Assembly (NCBI RefSeq): GCF_021869535.1
Contig: NW_026262723.1
Coordinates: forward strand, 3,782,001-3,846,000
Length of the DNA: 64,000 bases
Source: Mytilus californianus
Lineage: Eukaryota
Reading direction: 5' to 3'
In this document: positions 55,501-64,000 of the stretch, in pieces
How the letters are laid out: every line of letters begins with the position of its first letter
Numbering within the stretch: the stretch's first letter is position 1
Made by a program: the position numbers and the translations under genes
Notes under the pieces: generated by a model
What the model saw: the letters and a program-made list of their open reading frames with translations, nothing else
What the model was told of the DNA's origin: nothing
Databases searched by the model: none

Positions 55501-57693
55501 TAAAACTGTGTTTAAAAAATATTTATTTGTTATTTGACATGATATGTCTTTATTTTTTTTCTCAGATGCTCTGTGAAGTGATTGGTCGCCAGTATGGAAG
55601 ATCTGCGTCTTTGGCTACCGTTGATGATGCCAAAACACAACAGTTTCTTACAGATTTAATGATCAAAATAAGTAAGAATAAATAGGCAACAGATATTACA
55701 AATATGATGAACGAAAACATTTCAATTACCCTTTTTTTTGCTAAAGTTTCTTTGAATCAGGGGAATTTAGCGTCTGTTTTTAGACAGAAAAGCTTGGTTG
55801 TCGTTATGATCAAAACTGCATTTTGATAATTTCTACATGTATGATACAAATTTTGATATACATACTTCACATAAACAGGAGTTTATCTCGTTTGTGTAAG
55901 AGTTTAAATCTTGGTTTTATTATCGTTTAAGAAAATCCGTTACACACTTTAGAAATAGAAAAGAGCGTCTCGTGTAAATATCATCACATTAAGAGTGTTT
56001 TAATTGTTAATCACTTCATTGTTTGCAATTAAAAAGACTGTATTTAATACATACCGTAAAACATTAGTCATAAAGTTCAAAGAGGAAACCCTTCAGGTAA
56101 AACAACAATAAAACAACTTTTATGAAATGAGTATTTCTGTGTATTTTTATGGCATAGTTTTTCTGTGTATACATATTCCAAAAACCAGATTTTCTAATGT
56201 TTATTGGGAAAAAAGCAAAAACAAAATCAAAACAAAACACAAATAAAAAAACCAATGAGATAAATAAACGGGTAAAAACCTACAGTGAAAACACTCACGC
56301 ATACTACATGTACTACATCTCCCCAAAACAAGGACCTACATCGCATGCTGAAAACCTTCTCACTTGCACTTATTCATTAGTTTGAACTCATAGAAAAATA
56401 TTATACATAAATTAAACTTCATATTGGCTTGAATAATACAATGCAATTTTGAAAATGTATACTTGATCATTTATTTTTGTTTTTATCAGATTCAATTGGA
56501 ATGTACATAGGATTAAATGACCTTGTAACTGAAGGGACATTTCATTGGATAGCCAATGGTAAGCAGGCAACGTACTTTAACTGGGGACCTACCCAACCAA
56601 ACAACAGAGGAGGAAACGAAAACTGTGTAGCTATGCGAGTTGATCCAGTTATAGGCTTCAATTATTCTTGGACAGATGGTCCTTGCACAGTACCAACCAC
56701 CTACATTTGTGAAATGGTGTAAGTACTATTGCAAAGGAATCAATATAAAAGCAATATATGTTACACTGTAATATGCGGGTTGATCCTGTTAACGGCTTCA
56801 ACTATACTTGACCAAATAGTCCTTGTACAGTTCCAAAAAAAATACATTTGTGAAATGGTGTTAAAAGAAATCGAATAAACCAAACACTTATTTTCTGTGA
56901 TTTGTACCACTGCTAGAACATAGGATCGACTGTTTTGTTCTGTTTTTTTAATATAGTTTTCAACTACCAAGTAATCAGCACATGATGTAGATTTTAAAAT
57001 TCAAAAATGTCCTTTCTGTCTATTAGTTTTGCAGCTGTCTGGGTATATCGTTCCGGAAAAAAGATGATAGCATAAACACTGAAATGTACGAAGTTGAACA
57101 TTAAAAACCCTAAGACATTTATAATCACTTCTTTGAAGAATAGTTGTTCTTCCTTTACTGATTGACATAATAACAATATGTACCATGTGTACATAATTCC
57201 AATCTTGATCGTTCTTCCGATATTTGGAGGATACTGTTTTAACATAACGATGAACACAATCATTTCACGTCCGTAAAACTTTAAAATAAAGATGACTTCA
57301 GCCTTACAATAAATATAACAAAAAGTGGTATGAACATGATGAATGCCAATGCGACAACTCTTCAAAGACGAAATCAAATAGCAATTGTAGCAAAAACAAC
57401 TCAGATTTGCAAGATATAAAAGCCACCGGAAATGACAAATATAAACAATTAAAACAAAAACAATAACGGCCTCACAAACGAAAAATAATTCAATATAAAA
57501 ACAACAAAAGGCAAACACTTAGTACAATCCTCTAACTTGGTTCACACGTCTCATTGAGTATGTGTCAGCAAGAACTTCTATCACGAACAAATCCCCCACA
57601 TTTGAAAGACAATTATTTATATACATTTGAATTTTGTTCAAATATTCATTTATTTATTTTAGGGCAGCAGATATTGGAAACCTTCTCGGATAG
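52570..57693 (+). CDS. Secreted C-type lectin, copy E, P-subtype, 168 aa, 5 exons
   Basis: Exons 52570-52621, 53438-53526, 55566-55671, 56490-56718, 57663-57693; intact frame; intron 2 is enlarged by inserted repeats; TATAAATA at 52510. Confidence 0.91.
54361..54704. repeat. About 4.7 tandem copies of a 73-bp minisatellite in intron 2 of gene E
   Basis: ttcacggagacgcttgatcaagtgtgcgc... units start at 54372, 54445, 54518, 54591 and 54664. Confidence 0.92.
54796..54934. repeat. Long imperfect hairpin (about 60-bp arms) with a central GGCTTCGCC loop
   Basis: acacatatctgagagggtga...acattgtcaac pairs with gtttacaatgt...tcaccctctcagatatgtgt. Confidence 0.88.
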
Positions 57694-58342
57694 CTGTAAT
57701 TGTTAGCAATTGTTTTATATTTTACATGTCAGTTTATTTATTATATAAATTGTATACACCCAAATTCTTCTGTTGTTTTTATTTGATATTTTGTTTTGAT
57801 GTAAATTGTTGGATATTGAAAGATACCACAGAGTAACATTGATTGTTATGTTCATTGGAAGACTATTTAAATATTATGCAGATCTCAATGATTTCAGAAA
57901 AATAAAAATGTACCACTGAAATGGATTGATACTCTTAACGACACAATAAAACTCAAAGAATATGTAAATATTCTTCCGATAAACATACCAATCAATTGTA
58001 ATTCCAATATGTCGTTTGATGGAATGGATGGAGTTAAACAGGACACACAGAATACACCGCGACACAATTTCTAGCTATAATCCGTACCCTAGCCCTAACC
58101 TTAACTTTATCAAGTTTCTGATATTTAGCATATTTGTTATGTATTCTTAAATTAATGTATAAGTGAACAGTAGGGAAATGAAATACAGTTGTACATTAAA
58201 CATCATTTTAACATGACTAGCTAATAAGTCAAGTTGACAACTACATGTATCCTAAGTAACATATAGTGTTGTCAGAATAGTCCATTGGTTTTATTTACAA
58301 TAGTTAATATTGGTAACTATTGTAATATTGGTAACTATTGCT

Positions 58343-58470
58343 GAAGGACGCCTCCGGGTGCGGGAGTTTCTCGCTGCATTGAAGACCCATTGGTGGCCTT
58401 CGGCTGTTGTCTGCTCTATGGTCGGGTTGTTGTCTCTTTGACACATTCCCCATTTCCATTCTCAATTTTA
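58343..58470. mobile_element. Fragment of an abundant mytilid-type interspersed repeat (related copies at about 1960-2075 and 18710-18845)
   Basis: gaaggacgcctccgggtgcggg...tgaagacccattggtggccttcggctg...cattccccatttccattctcaatt recurs at unrelated sites in the window. Confidence 0.6.
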
Positions 58471-59349
58471 CATATAAGATTTGTCTATAAAATTTCGTCA
58501 AATGATCATTATAATATGTTATTGGCATTAACATTTTTTTAGACACGCGTTTCTTTTACAAAAGACTCATCAGAGACGCTCGAATCAAAAAGGTTAATCA
58601 ACACAATCATTTCGCTTCCGTACTACTTTAAAAAAAGATGACGTCAGTCTTACAACTAATATAAAAAAAAGAAGTAGTATGAAGGCCAATGAGACAACTG
58701 TCCAAAGACAAAAATCATATAGCAACTTGACGTCACCGTAAGACCTTCAACAATGAGCAAAACTCATTTATTATCAAGATATCAAAGCCGCCGCGATGGA
58801 AACAAAAACAATTACAGATTGCATTTCTGTAAATATAGACAATGCAATTTCCCATAGAAACTCTCCTTTTGGCTAAAACTGTGAAGTTTCGTAAAAAATT
58901 ATATGCTAGAATGGAAAGTTAATATGCACTACTTTTTTATTCAAAGGTCAAAACATAGGGCTGTGCGGCATATTTTCAACATTTTTATGCTCCGAACTTC
59001 TAAGAGTTTAAACTTATACTGAAACTCTGCACTACCCCTCCCTTCACCTAATTTCTAACTCAGAATTCAATTCCACCGCCTACCATGTGCATTTATACTG
59101 GTAACATTCCCAAGTTATGTCTCTGTGAGATGAAATATAGAAATCATATCTGGGAACCAATACGTAAACAAAATAAAATATCTATGAATAGTATATATCT
59201 CCCCAAAAGAGGCGTGGTTTATGAAACAGCTGTATTTACAAAGTGCAACCAAAAGGAGCAATTTCTTTCACGAAAAAATCCCCCACATTTGAAAGAAAAT
59301 GATTTATATACATTTGATTTTATTTCAAATATTTATTTAATCATTTTAG

Positions 59350-59386
59350 GGCAGCCGATATTGGAAACCTTCTCGGAAAGCCGTAA
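59350..59386 (+). pseudogene. Second orphan terminal exon 5, variant AADIGNLLGKP*
   Basis: ttttag acceptor; TAG changed to AAG, so the frame reads on to TAA at 59384-59386. Preceded by a partial intron-4 copy (from about 58600) and followed by the spacer that normally follows S genes. Confidence 0.75.
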
Positions 59387-62300
59387 TTGTCAGGAACTGT
59401 TTTACATTTTACATGTCAGTGTATCTAGTATATTACACCGGAACACAAGAGATAACCTCTTGTTCTAATCCTTACAATTACCAATACCCAAACACTACAC
59501 AATTTTTGATATGAAAAGCATGTTTACTATGCATGCCTAAATCTATGCACAAGTGAACAGCGGGGAAATGAAATACAATTGTACTTTTTAAACATCATTT
59601 TAACATGACTTTCTTATAGATCAAGCTGACAACTGTCATTAATAACATACCATATAATCAGAAAAATCTGTAGGTTAGATTTCTAATATTTCCAATGTTT
59701 TTTAAGTTTTGTCTATAACATTTCGCATAATGAGCATTATTATTTGATATTGGTTTGATATGATTCGTTACTTCATAACTTTTCAAAAATATATAGTTGC
59801 TAGATTATTTTACATGAGATAAATGCCAAAAAATAGCTATTTTCTGTTTGCAGAAGGCCAGTCTTGTAGTTGACCTTTCAAGGTCATATTTTTTCCAAAC
59901 TAATGCAAAGATAAAATGGCTTTATCATGTTTAAATATAAAGTTATAGCAAAGGTCCAAGTCTTAAAAGTCAAATTAACTTTTGACCTTGACCTCAATAT
60001 TCCAAGGTCACGCTGGGTTAAACGTTTTTTTTATACAGGTTACATGTTTATAGTTTGGTAGATTGGTAAACCACTCACTTTTATGACAATCGTTTATAGT
60101 TCAGTTATATTCACAAAATTGGGTGTGCAACCTAAACTAACTAGATATGTTAATATAACAACATTTGGGATCCAGCAGCCAAAACTGTGTTAACACAGAC
60201 ATACAACACAACTAACTAAAAAAATTCAAACAAACATACAAATAAATCCAAAAAAAACACTAACAAACAGTTAGTGTAGTTGATAGAAAATCTGACTAAG
60301 ACGCCAGGATATAAAAACCTTAAATGCGGTACAGTATACTCTTTTGCGATAAAGTACGAATAAGCAAAATATGCATGAAAGGGTTTGCAAAATGAAAACA
60401 AAATTGTTAAAACCTACTTGGTCCGAATCGGAACTCTAGACTAAACTGCACCAATAACGCCCAAAGCCAAAAACTATATAGCTGGATGGATAAACAAGGA
60501 CAAAAAGTAACATAATAGCTTAAAATCAAATAAAGGGAAAACTGTAAAACAAATAAAAGATAAACAACTTTAGCAATCTCTAACTCAAGACCCTCTTGTA
60601 TTATCTATGAAGTAGACACTGAATATTTATCTATAATGTCTTGGTACTTTCCGATGAACTGTTCGAGAAGAAGGCGAGACGTTCTTTGACGAAACCCTGG
60701 ACTATATTTTCTATTCTTCAAACACCAATGACGTTTTACAAAGTCTTAGTAGCAGCTGCAAGTTGAATGAGTTGAGAAATATATAATTCATACTAGTTTG
60801 AAGTTGGTATATTGCTGCTAAAGTGAGGAATACTTGTGATGTTTTTATTGAAATTGTCTCTGATTGTCATAGATTCTGGTACTGAGATGACTAATGTAGT
60901 CAAATTTGAGGATATGTCTAGAAATGAGGCAGAAGAAGCTGTTTGTGTGTTTTTTTAATCTGTAGTTCAGAAGAATGTATTAATTAGACCCAATCCGAAA
61001 AAAATTGGATTGTAATTGGAAAGAACATTATCAATAAACCTGTTTGTGAAATTTAATAATCTTGATTTGATGTTTTCGTTTTTTAAAAGTTTCTGAAGGA
61101 ACTCTGACTCCTATGAAACTAAGAAAGAGTTTGGTAAGGAGACTATGTATTGGTAATGAAATATATTACTTAACATCTTGTTGGAGAAAACTTTTGTTAA
61201 ACGTCACCTCATCCCTTCGAACAAAACAAAAAAGTTCTGTAAGGGTATGTTGCAACTCATAACTTTGAGAAACTCTTCTCTCGGTATAAATTTCAGATGT
61301 AGCAATAACAAGCAAATGTCAGAACGTATAACATGACCTTGTCCTGTGATTTTGACCTCGTTTTTAATTTAATACCATAGGTATCTCTCATTTATGGTTT
61401 ACTATTTACAAGCACATATAACCTAAATCAAAAATATGAAGGTAAATAATCCTCATATGTTGTCTTCGGATTGCTTTGGAAAAATCTATTCTCAACATCC
61501 TGAGAATGTAACGATCAATTCATTGGTGAACATGATTTTAGTATCTGTTGGGGTTGCCAAAGAGAAGTGAGTTTAAGTTAAACGGATAATTCTTTCAAGG
61601 AAAGTGTGGTAAAGCGTCAGTTTCAAAAGATTATTACCATTTCGATAGTATATACCAAGCGACATCTTGCGAACCAACAAAACAGAGCAAGAAGAAAGCA
61701 ACAAATTATAAAAAAACAACTAACACCATTGTGAGATGTTCTGGAAAATCGGGACTTCCTTTGTTAGAATTATCTGTTCGTTAGAATCTGTGTTCTCTAT
61801 TATTGACAAAGAATTCTGTTCAAAACGTTTGAAGTGGATTTGTAATCGACATCTTGACACCTTATTCAGGATGATTGAACGGATGCACAGACCAGAGATC
61901 ATATCCTATACTGCAGGGTCTTGAGCTTAAACCAACGTAAGGAATGGGAGACATGACGAGCAGACATCGATCAGAGTTCAAATTAAAAACTTTAATAAAT
62001 AACACACACTGTATAACAAATGTTCAAAAAGTACATTAATGGTACCACGGGGACAATAAAAAAAAATACAACACCATGGAAAAAAAGAAAACACTAGAGA
62101 CAAAAGACAAAAAGACAATAATACTCCACAATAGTCAGCCATATTGTAAATGTGAGAACAAATAACAAACCCAAAAGTTTGAGCAACCTGAGTCAAATAG
62201 TAAAACCAAGTAGAACTACAGTGCTACGATAAAGTTAACAGTTCCTGTTCCACAAGTGACAAACTGACAGAAGATTGTATTGACTGCAGTGTTTAATTCA

Positions 62301-62415
62301 ATTTTTACATTCCCAAAAGGATCTATACATCAGTCTTTATACATTTTGCCATCATTGTTCACCTAATAAAAATTGTTTTGGAAACATTGTATCGTGCACA
62401 TATAGGCATTTATTA

Positions 62416-63755
62416 AGCTTTCTTACAATTTGACGAAAGGTACGTACGCTTGACGAATCATACATAAGACTTGTTTTGGTGATCCTTTATTTTGACATCT
62501 TTATGTAATCTCAATCGAAGCATCATGGAGCTTCATGGCATTTTGCATCAATGTTTGCCTATCAATGGCCAATACAACGAATGCAACGACGCATGCTAAA
62601 CTTGAATTTTTAGCGACATCGGAAATTTGGGACGTACGAGGGAAAAAAATATAATACCACCAGGGGGAGGAGATTACACTACAAATGTTCTAAACAAAGG
62701 ATCGTCAAAAGAAAAAAAATACCCCAGAAAAATAAAAGATTGTGCTAAACAAAACCTCCACCCTAACAAATCAAAAATTTCACATTTGCATTATTCAACC
62801 TGAGAAAAACCATGGCTTCTCTCCTCAGAAAAAAATAAAAAACAAATACTTGATAAATTCACACATTTTTAACCCCAAAGATAGTAAAATTGAAAAAAAG
62901 TCTCCAAAAAATGTTATGCCCGGACTCGTTTTGTCTTTTGTAGAGAATCCCCACCTCCCCCTGGGTAATACCCATTGTCGCCTTGTAGTGTGTCCATACA
63001 TCCGAGTTAGTCTCACCTACGGACTCGTTCTTTCAGCGTATAATTGCATTTTCGTCCTAAACAAGCATGAAATATTTGCCACTGGACGTTAAGCAACCAA
63101 CAATCATCAATCTTCCAAGAATGTTTACTGTTAAATCTTCATTGTTCAATCCATCTGTGGAATACTAAAGCAACGCCAATTCAACTTTCAAGGAGGGGTA
63201 TACCTTTTGTTCCGTTTCACATTTGTTTCATGCGATCGCAAGTGTCATATTACTTTTTGTTCACATTCAACCTTTAAATTAAGAAAAAATCATCATATTT
63301 TTTTCCCAGATTTATTTCACATTACTTTTTCAAAACATTGTTGCATTCTTGTCTTGCAAATCTTGATGATCCACGTTGAATTTTTGATGATAGCATACAC
63401 ATTAAAAATAAAACAATTGTGAATTTTGTCGCTAAATTATATTATCATACTTCAATAATTTCATTAAAATGTTCGTGATGAAACGCATGCTTGAACAAAT
63501 CCCGCGCAAATGTGTGTAATCGTGATTAACATAAGTAACGTATTGAACGTAAATGAACTTTGAACTATTTTTCTTTATTTTCAGATTTTAAAAGCGTGTT
63601 TTATTTGAGATTAGCTTTAATTCTTAAAGATACGTTTAATTTAGAAAAGAATGCCGTCCTTCCGGATAAAACATAGACCCATAGTGTTATCGTGGAAATG
63701 TAATACATGTTCCCTTTACGTTCGTTCGTACCTTTCGTCAAAATGTAAGAAAGCT
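62416..63755. mobile_element. About 1.34-kb TIR element inserted in the upstream region of the predicted sixth lectin gene
   Basis: AGCTTTCTTACAATTTGACGAAAGGTACGTACG ... CGTTCGTACCTTTCGTCAAAATGTAAGAAAGCT. The empty site (ggtatttataagtgttatgg) is seen at about 31980 and 52130. The AT-rich TSD cannot be resolved cleanly. Confidence 0.8.
63064..63112 (+). mobile_element. Probable SINE 3' tail nested in the TIR element
   Basis: gcatgaaatatttgccactggacgttaagcaaccaacaatcatcaatc resembles bivalve SINE 3' ends with (CAAT)n-like tails; recognised from memory only. Confidence 0.4.
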
Positions 63756-64000
63756 CTTATAAGTGTTATGGTATAACCTTCTAACAAATGTTCCATATTA
63801 CAATATTTCTGTACATGAACTGACGAAAGTTCTAACAATATCTCTGTACCTGAACTGATATATGTTTAAATATAAATTCTGATAAATGTTCTATATAACC
63901 ACATTTGCGTTCTTGTACTGATAAACATTCTAATTTATATTCTTATCTTAATTTTTTATATAACAACATTTTCCCAACTTGTACTGATAAATGTTCTGAT

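Noticed and set aside
56994-57518. 174-aa minus-strand ORF in intron 4 of gene E
   Set aside because: Hydrophobic, AT-biased translation with no recognisable motif; not preserved in homologous introns.

Overview
AT-rich animal genomic DNA, most likely a bivalve; the interspersed repeat types suggest a mytilid mussel, but this is an inference. The window is a tandem array of secreted single-domain C-type lectin (perlucin-like CTLD, QPN/WTD motifs) genes, all on the + strand. Five complete 5-exon copies are present (A 5535-9646, B 22307-26029, C 32401-36112, D 42048-46295, E 52570-57693). They fall into two subtypes, S (MSSVW..., copies A/B/D) and P (MSPVL..., copies C/E), arranged as a roughly 20-kb S+P higher-order unit. 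The ORF track stops inside the exon-4 splice donor (GT|GTAAGT); a 31-nt fifth exon adds the tail AADIGNLLG. Two orphan copies of this fifth exon (13162, 59350) mark genes lost by deletion. Copy D has a 1-nt frameshift, and a sixth gene probably starts just past the window end. Spacers and introns hold decayed Penelope-like retroelements (one with an N-terminal GIY-YIG, Naiad-type), the left end of a Polinton/Maverick with a broken pPolB N-terminal region, and several MITE or satellite-bearing elements. They also carry a 600-bp templated inverted repeat and about 12 antisense minimal hammerhead-ribozyme-like motifs. No rRNA, tRNA or CRISPR array is supported.
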